Below, piece by piece: positions 21,751-34,028 of a stretch of 64,000 bases of DNA (positions are counted from its first letter, which is position 1; each line of letters opens with the position of its first letter). Position numbers and translations under genes: made by a program. The DNA is taken from the NCBI GenBank assembly GCA_013265495.1, contig MU059938.1:4517175-4581174 (forward strand), read 5' to 3'. Origin of the DNA: Vicugna vicugna (Eukaryota). Under the pieces are notes generated by a model. It worked only from the letters and a program-made list of their open reading frames with translations. It was not told the DNA's origin and ran no database searches.

Positions 21751-22670
21751 GATACCACTTCACACCCCCAGGATGGCTATCATCGAAAAGACAGATAACA
21801 ACAACTGTGGACAGGGATGTGGGGAGGTTGGAACCCTTCTATACTGCTGATGGAAAGGTAAAATGATTCAGTGCTTTGTTTCTTCTTTTTTTTTTTTTAT
21901 AGAATTACTATTTTTTTTTAAAGAGGGAAGTAATTAGGTTTATTTATTTATTTATTTACTTACTTATTTTTTTCAATAGAAGTACTGAGGACTGAATCCA
22001 GGACCTCGTGCATGCTAAGCGTGCACTCTACCACTGAGCTGTACCCTCCCCCAGTGCAGCCACTTTGGAAGGCATGCTGGCATTTCCTCAAAGACTAAAC
22101 ATAGAATTACCATATGACCCAGTCATTTTACTCCTGGGTGTGAATGTATATTCAAGAGAAATGAAAACATATGTCCGCATAAAAATGTGTACACAGATTT
22201 TCAGAGCAGCATTTTTTCATTATAGCCAAAAACAGAAGAAACCACTCAAATGTCCATCATCTGATGAATGGATAAGTAATATGTGGTGTATCTGCTTCAG
22301 GAAGTATTATTCAGCAATAAAAAGGAGTCAGATATGGATATATGCTACAACATGGCTGAATCTTGAAAACGTTTTGCTAAGTGAGAGGAGACAGACATGA
22401 AAGGACACATACTGTACGATTCTGTTTGTATAAGATGTCCAGAACACGCAGATCTGGAAGGATAGAAGGTGGTTGCCAGAAGCAGTGGGGAGGGGGAATG
22501 GAGAGTGATTGCCAGTGGGTATAGAGTTTCCTTTGGGGCTGATGAGAATGTTCTAAACTTGATTGTGGTGATGATTTCATAACTCTGTGGATATGCTTAA
22601 AACCATTGAATTATACACATTAAGTGGATGAATTGTATATGTGATTTATATCTCAAGAAAACTATTACAA
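21751..22670 (+). mobile_element. L1MB-like 3' end containing a SINE
   Basis: gataccacttcacacc, gaattaccatatgacccag, gcaataaaaagga, ttatatctcaa. Confidence 0.8.
21875..22051 (-). mobile_element. Vic-1-type SINE nested in L1
   Basis: Reverse head and tail; TSD CAGTGC at 21869-21874 and 22052-22057. Confidence 0.85.
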
Positions 22671-24279
22671 AAATGCATTTGTGTGACATAAGAGTGATGG
22701 AAAACAAAATATTCAAAATTTTAAAATAATTTTTTTTGCTTCCTTTTTGGATTAGCCAAAGAATGCAATGATATTTATCATTAACTCAATGACGCATTAC
22801 TGCCACACCAGATGGGACTGACATTTTACATGTATCTTTTTATAGTATTATTCTTGATATAAAACAGAGAAAATATGCCTTCAATAGTCAAGGAAATTGT
22901 CTCAGAACATCCCTAATGTGAAGGTAATTCACCATGTATAAATCACTCATATTAGTGGGGTTTGGTAGTATGACTTTTCACTAGTTATTTTTATATGTTT
23001 TATATATAAATCTTTTATTTTGAAATTTGCCATGCAGTCATAACTATGACACTCTAATTATAATATCCAGAATCCACCTTATACTTCTTCTGTAGGCTAA
23101 TCTCAGAAATACTTAGCAAAAGGTGGTTTGTAATGAGCATTTAAATAAAGAAGGCAAGAATATCACTATTTTCTCTATGGGAATGGTAGATATGATAATA
23201 GTAACAATCACAATGATATGGTGTTTATTACCTGCCAAGGACTGTTCCAAGTGCTTATATAGAGTTACTAAATATACATTAATATATGTTATCAAAAAAT
23301 ATATATATATATACATGACTTTAAGCTTTATAGCGATGCTATGTAGAAGATACACTTAATATCTCCATTTTACAGGTGAGAAGACTAAGGAACAGAGAAT
23401 GTGAGCTAACTGGCTATAGACGATTCAGCCAGAAAGTGGTAGAACTGAGAGCTCTTGCTCTTAAGCAGGATGCTAGATTTACCTGTGATTTAACTGTGTC
23501 TTCAATGAGTAACTTAGAGAGTGAAGAAGTGTCACGATTAGGCAAATTTAAAGCAGAATCATGTGTACAAAGCCACATTCTGGTGTGATAACTTTCACAA
23601 ATGAGTAGACAAATGATTTTTCCTTTCTGTTGGGAAAAATCTAATTTATTTCTAGAAGTGTTTATGTTTTGTTAAGATAGAATGGTCACTTTCTCCACTA
23701 TTAAACTCAGTCCTTCCTGCCATGTGGTTTTGAAAACTTAATTTGAACCCCCTTCATTCTGAATTTGTAATCACTTATTGGGAAGATAAATAGCAGTTCA
23801 CTGTTTTGGCAGCTGTGAGGATGGCAGTGGGGTGGGGAGGAGAATTAAGACTGTAATGAGGAATGTTTAATTAAGAGAGACAACGTTTCAAGCTATTCAG
23901 TTATGCTCATCTACCTAGACTAAAGATGCTAATTACGATGGTCTCACCCAATCACTAAAGCTGGTTCCCTAAAAGCAATTTACTAGGCAGTGAGTTTTAG
24001 CTAAGTCATGGGAAACTGCAGTTCTTTCAAATTGTTTGATGTATTTGCCTTTTTGCTACAACGCACTGCCTTTCCAGACTCTTACAGCCTTGCTATTGCC
24101 TTTTTCATAAAAACTCATTAAATCTAATATTGAGTTGCTTTTCTGAATTTGCTTTGGTAATGTTAAGGCAGCATGCAGATAAAAGGTAAAAATCAACTCA
24201 TTGAACCAAAGGCCAATGTAAAATAAAGTAAACAGGAGATACGGAGTTTTAGAGATACCGAGTAGAACAGGGAGAAATA

Positions 24280-24501
24280 CAGTTGACCCTTGAACAGTGT
24301 CGGGGTTCGGGCACTCATACTCTGCACATAAGGAAATCTGAGTATGACTTTATAGTCAGACTTGTTCCTCTGTGTCCCCTGTTCCCCATCCATGGATTCA
24401 GCCAGTCATGACTTGGGGCAGTACTGTAGTTTTATATTGAGAAAAATCCAGGTATAGGCAGACCTGAGCAGTTCAAACCCCTGTTGTTCAAGAGTGAACT
24501 G
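24280..24501. mobile_element. TcMar-Tigger MITE with both TIRs and TA target duplication
   Basis: Left TA-CAGTTGACCCTTGAACA, right TGTTCAAGAGTGAACTG-TA (15/17 inverted match). Confidence 0.85.
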
Positions 24502-26359
24502 TAGTCTGTTTTTAATCACAGTTTGAACTTGAGGAAACTTAACGTTGACCGAGAGCGTGTCTTAGGGGGTCGCCCCTACTGGTGGCCATTAATATGGAAG
24601 TTGAGCTCTGCTGGACACTGTAGCTGAAGGGAATGGCAGGAAAGCTACTGCCCAGGTGCTGCGACTGAAATGTAGGGACCCAAACGGAAGGAATATGCTT
24701 TTATTCTTCTAAACAGAGAGGACATCCCTGCATCAGGAAATTACTCCCTGTTCCGGTAAAAATGGGGATACTTTAGGGAATGGAGAGTCACTGCATTTAG
24801 AGTCAGTACAGAGGAGCCTAGTGTAGGGTGTTGAGTTGCCTTTGAATCAGAGGCTCTTCCCATATACAGATCTTGTTTCTATGAACATCTTTTTCTGCTT
24901 CACAAATCGGATGTGAGGGCAGTGAGCACCACCCTGGCACATAGCATTCTTGGTAAAGACTCCTTTCTTCCCTGGAGAGAAAGACTGTAACTGCTTTGTC
25001 ACTTGCAAAAACCATCATGCAAATAGAAGATGCATAGTAAGTGCTCAGTAAGTGATTGTGGAATTATTTTGTACCCTTATGTGCTTATCTTTATGTAAAC
25101 CTGTTTTTGAAATGACTGCAGTGTTCATTGCTTATGATAATGTTTGTGGTTACTTTTCTAAAAGACCAGTGCTCATGCTTAGGTTGTAGCTTCTTTCAGC
25201 TTTGGAATCAATAAGCCTGAAAATGAGGTAAATAAATACACCTCCACAAAAAGAATGTGGGGGTGACGCATGCTTATTCTCCTCTCCTGTTATTTCTAGT
25301 ATTTATTTGCATCAGTGACTCACTTCCCTTTATCAGGTGGTGGCTCTTAAATGGTTGGAGTCTGTGAGTTCAGTGATTAGAAAAAGGCAAAGGAAACAGT
25401 CATTAACCCTCTTTCTACGCAGTAAGTCATCACACTTTTCTATGTTCCTCATTATCTTCCAAGGAGAAGTGGGTTCCAGATCTGAGCTCCTCCCCCAGTC
25501 TTATCAGCTTGGTAACCAAACTTGGAAGCTTATGTCAGTGACTTTTTATGGACTGTTAGATCCTGGAGGAACACAGTGGAGACAGAGAGCAGGCAGAGAG
25601 CTTAGTGGATCAGACAGCTTGCTTGCAAGCAGCTGTTCCCCGGGGCAGTGCCCGCAGGGGCAACAGGAGCTATTTTCATCTGGGCTGGCTGGGATGCATT
25701 CCTATTGGAAGGATTCAGAGAGAGCAGTAATTTACTCGGGTCTGCACAAAGAATCACTTTTCTGTAGCTTTTTTTAAACACCTTTAAGGTTGAATGGGAG
25801 AGGCGAGATGGAGAGAGAAAACACCTGGGAGTGTGGGACAGGATGTCCTTTCATGTGTGCAGCTTTCTGATAACAGCTGTTGCTCGGGTGTGACAAGAGG
25901 GGGTAAATACCAGGGCATCCAGCTCCAGGGAAGCCTGTGGCAGCTGCGGAGGAGGAGGGAGTGAGGAGCCAGTGTCATCAGGGGAAGGCTCGACTCTTCC
26001 CACTCATAACCTTGAGCTGCTTCTTGTGGTTTTGTTGGCGGCAGTGCCTGTTTGTTTTAATCCTGATAACACTGTCTCCCTGCGATACTTGTACCTACAG
26101 GTTTCTGATTCTGATATTTACCCAGGGGTTCGTTTTATTGAGGCAAGCTGTGGCCCAGCGCCCACTCAGGTCTGGGCCTTATTTAGATCCCCCAGCTCTG
26201 TGAGGCTCTCCTTTGGGTCGTGAAACTATTACAGCTACAAAGCGCTGAACTTTGTGCTTTGTGGCCAGTCAGATGGGACTCAGGACCAGTCCTAGTACAG
26301 AATGCTCAGTAGCTTCTCTGATCTTGACTTAAAGTGTGAGAAACAAATGAACATTCTTA

Positions 26360-26554
26360 GGTGGGGGTATAGCTCAGTGGCAGAGTGTGTGCTTAGCATG
26401 CATGAGGTCCTGGGTTTGATTCCTAGTACCTTGATCAAAAAGAATTTTTTTTTTAAATAAGTAGAAAAACCAAATTCCCCCCCCCTTCAAAAAAAAAAAA
26501 AAAAGCTTAAAACAGCGTGAGAAAAATTTTTTTGAAAAGCAAGATTTTAAAAAA
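26360..26554 (+). mobile_element. Vic-1-type SINE with extended 3' region
   Basis: gtgggggtatagctcagtggcagag...cttagcatgcatgaggtcctgggtttgattcc, followed by C and A runs. Confidence 0.8.
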
Positions 26555-27604
26555 GAATGAACCTTCCCTTATTAAGAGAGAAAGCCTCATTCCATGCTGG
26601 GGCTATCCTAGTTTCATTATGTTTAGGTTCGTCCCTGTATTTTTATTATGTGTGAAGTTTGGCCATTTTTTTAATATGTTATAAAATTCTGAAGGAATAT
26701 ACTATGAGTATTATGCCCACACAAAAAAAAAAAAAGAAAAGAAGAAAAAAAAAAGAATGGTTGGAAACGGGGTGGTGTGGAGATACATAATTAGGTGCTG
26801 GTTTAAGAACAACCAGTATATAAAAATGCAAATTTACAAGACAGATATATTAAGAAAGAATTGTTGTTTTCCATCTTAAAAAAGGATTTAGTACATTTTC
26901 TATTGAGGATCCTGGGTTACTTTTCTGTTTAAAATGCAATTCTCTTTATAAGATTTGCACACTGTTTTGAGGCATATGTTTTGAGTCCAGTAAAGTGTGA
27001 ATTTCTTGGACTGTGGAAGGTACTGTTCTGTTTCCCAATTCCTCTCCTCTTCCCCAGCTGGAGAGGAGACTAGGGTAAACTTGGATCCTATTTTCATTGA
27101 TTTTTTTTTAAGTTCTACTTACCTTTATTCTTTAACTTTTCCATAAATGAAAGTGACTTTCACAGAATGTATTCACTGCAAAAGGCCAGGGTTTATTCCC
27201 TGTGGTTTTATGAGTGTGTTTTACACCGAGGTGCCAAGAGCGCCTTATGTCATCTCTAGCTAAGCTATAATAAGGTTGATAAAATAAGACTTTGCCAAAG
27301 CTCCTACTTGCACTGTTTTCTTCTTAAAAACTGACAACAAAAATCAGTTTAGAGATGAGGTTTTATAACAGTTATCTGATACATAACCATGATTCATTTT
27401 CCTTTACATTTGTTAGAATTTTTTAATGACTATTTTGTAGAATCTGATGGTCAAACATAACAGTGGGTATAACTGTCTTCCTGAGAGAGGATGATGGACC
27501 TTGGTTGCCAAGATAAAGTACACTCACATCTTCTACCATACTCATAAGAGCCAAAAGTTACCACAGTATTTAAGGACATTCAAATATAAGGAACAAGAGT
27601 GAAC

Positions 27605-27975
27605 TAGAGCTTTTTCCTCCAGCATTTTATTATGAAAATTTTTAAACACACAGAAGAGTTTAAAGAATTCTACAGTGAAAACCCCTGACATATATCCATC
27701 ACTTAGATTACACAAATGACATTTAACATGCTTGCTTTATCACATACCTATCTTTCTGTCCCTCCTTCTGTCCAACCATCAATTCATCTTATTTTTTCAG
27801 GATTTCAGAATAAGTCACAGACGACAATAAACCTCCTAAAACCTTCAGCATGAAATTTACTAGCTTACACGCACTGTTTATTCATGGTTCTTTTTTTTTT
27901 TCTTAAGAAATAAAACTTATGTACAACGAAATGCACCTTTGGATGAATGTTGACTAAAACATACGTCTGTGAAAC
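27605..27975 (-). mobile_element. Old L1M 3' fragment
   Basis: attttattatgaaaatttttaaacacacagaagag...ttctacagtgaa. Confidence 0.6.
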
Positions 27976-27984
27976 CCAAACCCC

Positions 27985-28375
27985 TCTCCAGATATCTTTG
28001 AATGCTTCTGACTACGAGAAAACAGAAAATCAACTTAAACAATGTATTGACCCCCAACTGGAAATCCAGAAGGTGTGATGCCTTGAAGCTTAATTCATTC
28101 TCTGTAGTTCTGTTGGTTCTCTTCTGTAGCTCCTTCATGTGTCAGCTCTTTCTTCGGTTGGCTTCATCCTTAAGCCAGTGGAACTTCAGGCTGCACGTTG
28201 GCTCATAATAATTAATGTCCAGGGGGAAGAGAGGGAACATTTCCAGCCAGGATACCAAACACAGTTCCCGAAGTTCACCCTGATTGGACAGACTGCTTAG
28301 GTCACATGCTTGCTCAGGAGCCAATGAGATTGTAGCCAGGGGAGTGGATGCCACCAGCCAACCAGGCATCTCTCC
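27985..28375. mobile_element. MaLR LTR (MLT1J/K-like)
   Basis: ctgattggacagactgcttaggtcacatgc...gagccaat...gtagccagggg pattern. Confidence 0.55.
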
Positions 28376-28378
28376 ACC

Positions 28379-28380
<2 letters not shown>

Positions 28381-28416
<36 letters not shown>
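28381..28416. repeat. Perfect (CA)18 microsatellite
   Basis: Seen directly. Confidence 0.95.
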
Positions 28417-28420
<4 letters not shown>

Positions 28421-31400
28421 TTCTCTTTCGAGGGTCACTTCACAGTTCATGAACAACCTTTTAATACTTCTGGGAATATTTTTGCTTGCTTGTATAATTT
28501 TCTATAACTTTGAGAAAGGGAAAAAAGCTACTGGTATAGGTTGTTTTGATAAAAAGAGTAGTTTAACATGTCAGAAAATACTCCAGTAAAAACACAAAAC
28601 TTCAATTTTACAAGAATTTCTTTGAATAGCTGGTTTCAGGTGGGTGCTACCATTTCGTCACTTGCTCAGCTCGTATTTATTGAGTGCCTGTTAAATGTCA
28701 GGTGTTACACCACTTGCTATGAGAGATGGGAAGTGAAACAAGAGAAACTCCTTACCCTTGAGGAGCTCAAACTATAACCTGTCTAGTCTTGAGTATGTGC
28801 ACAAGACAGAATTGATGATATAGAATCACGTTATACTAGAGACAGGCATTCTATTTATCAGTTAAAAAAAAAGACCTAAAAGCTGGGAGAAATGGTCATG
28901 TGTTTTACCAGTGGTACCAGTTATCTTCTTTAAGTCACTCTAGCGTTCATTTTTAAATGTTACACGTTTTATTGGCAAGAGAGCACAAAATCATATTTTT
29001 CCCATCTAAGAGAGAGAAATGACTTTAACAAATAGGATACTTACCAGTTGATAATGTGTGCCTACATAATTATGTTTCCTCTGAAATAATACTGTGTCCT
29101 TAGAATTACGATCCTCTACTGTAGGATTGTCCTCGGTGGAGCCGTTACTTCCCCTTCCTTTCCAGAACTCTGTGGAAGTGCGGCAAAGCTGAAGGGAAGG
29201 TTGGATTTTACTTTTCAAGGCCAAAAGCTGTTTCAGCAGCAGGATGAAGGGCCCTGCTGCCCTGCCACATCCATGCAGGATCCCTCTCAGTGTCTCGTCA
29301 CTAGTTCTATAAATAATCCGAAACCCCGTCAAGATGCCAGACACTGGGTTAGGGGCTGGGGACAAGAGGAGGACCTTTGTGCCCCGGACTTCCCTCCGTG
29401 GTCACTTTCATCTGTCAGTTTCAAGCACACTTTGGCCTCCTGTGGATTGCATGTTATTTTCACTTTCACGGTTCAAGATTTCCAAACCGTAAAATGAGCC
29501 AAGTGCAAAATAATAAAAAGAATATTCATCTTAAGATAGCATTTCTGGACTTAAAGTGAGAGTCCTTTGTTTGTTCGTTTGTATTTTGTCCTGAAGCATA
29601 ACTAATTTTCATGAAGGGGTGGATACCTTAGGAGAGTGGGACTTGCAAGGAAGCCAGGGTGGGGAAGGGTGGCTAGCATACATTACATGAATCTCATGTC
29701 TTGTATATTTTGTATAATAAATTTATTTTACAATTTGGGTAGACAATATAATTCAATAAATTCATATGTTCATAATTAAGGATAATGTAATAAATACAAA
29801 AATTGAGAGACATTGAAAATAAATGATTGAAAATCTAAGGATGGGAGAATGTTGAAGATGCAGAGAAGGACACTTAGAAATGGAAGCTGTACTTCTAGCA
29901 TAAGGGAAGGTGGCTGCCTCAAACTCCTGCAGGGTAAGAGGGTGCAGTGACAAAAGGGAGACCCAGGACAACAGATGTGAATCTGAGGGGTGATAAACAG
30001 CCCACATCACAGGAAACCTGGCCAGAAGTGGGCCTGCAGTGTCTGGGTTCCTCTGAATGTGGAACTCTTCCCTGACAAGCTTGGGGCAGTAGTTTGGTAC
30101 AGAACAAAGGTCTTCTCATAACCCGTAGAGAAATTTGGTACAAAAGAGTTGGAGATGCTGGTAATCATTGTGGAGGAGAGTGACCAAGGTGTGTGTTTTT
30201 ATATGTGGGTCATAAAGAGAGGGAGAGTTGCACACTTCAGTCATTTACTACACAACAGTCTAGCAAAATGTCAAGTCCTGTTCTGTGCATTTACATCTAT
30301 ATTGTTTTATGGAATCCGGATGATAATTCTATTATCCCAGTTTTAAAATGGAAGAAACTAAGGCATGAGCAATTTGACCAAGGTCACGTAGGTAATAAAG
30401 CGTGGGAGCTTGGTCTTGAATCCAAGCCTCTCTGAGTTCCTACAAGGCGCAAACAACTATAGAAGTAACTCGGTAAAATATTAAGAAGTAAGGTCCATCC
30501 TTCTTGCCTTCAAGTCACAGCCTAAGCCAGGTTAGAGACAGGACAAAGGCATGTGCATGAAGTAATATGTAAGGGCAGCAAATAAAGGGCAATAGAGAGA
30601 GTGGTTGAAACGGTAGAGGGGAGTTCTTGGCTTATGTAACGTTAAGTTTCAGAGATCAGTGGACTTCACGTGAGGATTCCGGGTCTATTTCTCTTAAGTC
30701 ATCTTGGTTCTCCCCTTCTCTGTGCATTAACTTTGCTGTCATGAAAGCTTCCTTTGTATTTATATGATGGCCATTGGCACCAATCAATATTGAAGAAAGA
30801 GGATTGGTTGCCATCAACCGTCAACAAAATCTTGAGCTTTGGTATTTTAGGACCATCTTAACTTACAAACTCATAAGATTTTAAAGCAGAGAAAAGTCCT
30901 TCACTGGTTGTCTTAGGCTTACCCATCTACAATGTCATGACAAGGAGGATGGTATTATCCTGACTGCCTTAGATCAAGCAAGACCCCCTTCCCCTTGGGG
31001 ACAGAGATGGGACCATAGCTGCTATCCTATGGAAAAGGGTTCATTGAGTGTTGGGGAGATAAGCCCAGTGTCCTCCACAAAAGGTAGTTTGGGATCATTG
31101 ATGAGAAAGCAGTGAAAAAAATTGCACAGGTTATGACATAAAAAATTTTAGAAGAAATAACTTAAAGTTGAGAGGGGGAAGCTTGTACAAAGGAGAAGAA
31201 AGTGCTCACAGAAAAGCCTCAAGAAAGGTACAACTTGGGAAAGTTTAGGAGACATTGGCATACATCCTGGACCGTACTGCTTTCGAAGTAATTTTCTCTG
31301 TAAACCTCCCCGTCTTGATCACCTGCTCATCATCCATGTGCTCCCTCCTCCCCCTCCCCCTCTCACCACCCTCTGAATTGGAAGATGTGCCTCTGGTGTT

Positions 31401-33694
31401 CAGTATCTGCTCAATAAGAGACGTAAAAGAAAACTCTCAACATATGACTGACATGGCATGTGGCTCAGGTTCAAGTTGCAAAGAATGATTTTTGCATCCC
31501 TTGGGTTTTGATGACTTTCCAAGTAGCACTTCCACCCAGAAGGACTCTCAGCCAAAGCTGTATAAAAGTTATCTCTTTGTTTAAGCAAAGCTACTTTAGG
31601 GATAATTAAGATGCAGACTTTCTGGGAAAGTTGCAAAATGTTCTTCACTTACGTAACTCAAAAGAAAAGTCTTTCAGGTCGTGTGTTTCAATATATTTTG
31701 TCAATGTTTTCCCTCTTTTCTCCAGAAACTGGGAATAGGAACTACCTTTGATTATCAAGAAGGCAGGTTTTTTTGCCACTTTGAGTAAGATTTAAGTCTA
31801 TATCTCATTGCACCATTGCATTGACTTTGCAATAGTGATTTTGATTGATTTTACAATAGCGGCATTGATTTTTGTACTGCAACTACTGTAAAGCTAACTA
31901 ATAGGAATAAATCCAAATTTCCTTGTTCTTATGGTTTTATTCTTGGATAATCCTGCATGAGTTTAGCCTTTCATTTTTCAAAATGGGTGGCATGTGTACA
32001 AATGCAGTAAACCTTTTGTCCTCAAGTTCTGACAAGGAACTGTGAAATAAAATTGTGATTTCTCTTATGCCTGTGTTGGCTGCAAAAGAGAGAAGCTCCA
32101 GTGAAACCCATTGACAAGTATCCACGAAGTCTAAGAAGCTGGGCTTGGAGCCAATGCATTTGTCTGTATGTTCGCCATTTGCTGACTTCACACTAATGAG
32201 GGCTTTAAGCCAAGAAGAGCAAGAGTCTGATTACTCAGGACTTTATTCATAATTTACAATGACGCCTTCCAAGCAGAGGTGTAGTGGTTAGGGACGAGAA
32301 TTCCTTAGACATGGCTATTCCAACGCACCAGGATTTGTCAAGTCATTTTGTTTATTAGGGGACAAAACCATTTGATTATTGACAAGCTTAGGGAACCAGA
32401 GGAAATCTCGTCGGTCGTCTTCCTGTAGCTCCACTTTGGGTGGTTATTTTGCTGCTAGATAATTTCACTTCTGAAAGGGGAACACACAGGAGGAGAGGAA
32501 GTTGGTTTGGCTATTTGTCAGCAGTCCTGGAAGAATGTTTACTCAGGGAGGAGTTTGAACACTGAGAATTTGGGGATTATCTGGACATTTTCAGTTCTTT
32601 GATGTTGTGCTTACCCAACCAGTGCTCCTCGGCTGACCTTCATCCTCTGCCAGAGAAAACTTCTAGTGGCCAAGACGCAGACTCTTCTTCATGAGCATCT
32701 AAATGTATGGCGGGGAGGGGAGGACCACCATTAGTGCCACAGTCATACTGCTGGAATCCAGTATACTTTGGGGGGGAAGCATTGTAGTCCTTATTGGTGG
32801 CTCATACAAAAAAAAATTATTATGAAATTTAGCTTAGCAGTCCTTAAAAAAACCTTCTATAATAAAATATGACAGTCTGCTTTACTTTGTACTGAAAAAT
32901 GCAATTCTTGATAGAGCATAGTGATAGATATCAAATGACGTTGTTTGGGGGAGTTATGGGAGACAGGCCGTCATGGAGATTATAGTACAATATGAAACAA
33001 AGAAAAATACTTATTTAAAACTATTTGGTAGTCTATTCAGAGATGTGTCCAAAGGTTAAATATGTATTGAGTTTGTCACTTAAAACTGCATTTAATAGAA
33101 TGCAGACATTTTTTTCTCAAGGCATTTCACCTTGAGAATTGTATCTTGTCTGTGTGGCCTGGACTGCCTTGCATGCCGGGAGGATTGTTCAGGCAAAGTA
33201 TGTGTTTCTCACAGGGTTGTTTTCTTCTCCAAGAGCCCCTGGATCTGGTTTGGTCATTCTCCTGGAAGAACATCAGGCTGACTGCAGGCCTGACTCTCTT
33301 TCCCCTTCAGACTTAGGAATGGGAGGTCTGACAAAAGGTGACATCTTCCAAGAGGGAAGTCCAGCTCTCCCTGCCAAACTTCTTCTAGTGACTTAAAAAA
33401 TAGGTGCTGCTTCTTTTTTTTTTAGTTGAAGTATAGTTAATTTACAGTATCTCAGGTGTACAGCAAAGTGGTTCAGTCGTATATGTGTATATTCTTTTTC
33501 AGATTCTTTTCTATTATAGGTTATTACAAGATATTGAATATAGTTCCCTGTGCTATACAGTAGGTCCTTGTGTTTATCTACTTTATATATTGTAGTGTGT
33601 ATCTTTTAATCAAAAATTCATAATTTATTCCTCCCTCCTCTTTTCCCCTTTGGTAACCATAAGTTTGTTTTCTGTGTCTGTGAATCTGTTTCTG

Positions 33695-33805
33695 CTTTTT
33701 TTAAAATTTTATTTATTTTAATGGAGGTGCTGGAGATTGAACCCAGGACCTTATGCACGCTAATCATGCACTCTACCACTGAGTTATACACACCCACCCA
33801 TCCCC
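33695..33805 (-). mobile_element. Vic-1-type SINE nested in L1
   Basis: Reverse head; TSD ATCT(G/A)TTTCTG at 33684-33694 and 33806-33816. Confidence 0.8.
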
Positions 33806-33988
33806 ATCTATTTCTGTTTTGTAAATATGTTCATTTGTGTCATTTTTTTAGATTCTTCATATAAATGATATCATACAATATTTGTCTTTCTCTGTCTGAC
33901 TTCACTTAATATGATAATCTCTTAGTCCATCCATGTTACTGCAGATAGCATTATTTCATTCTTTTTAATGGCTGAGTAGTATTCCTTT

Positions 33989-34028
33989 ACACACACACAC
34001 ACACACTCACACACACACACACACACAC
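33989..34028. repeat. Interrupted (AC)n microsatellite
   Basis: Seen directly. Confidence 0.9.

Noticed and set aside
24567-24587. Minus-strand CTCF-like TGGCCACCAGTAGGGGCG
   Set aside because: Neither register fits CCASYAGRKGGCRS: one is a G short, the other has three core mismatches.
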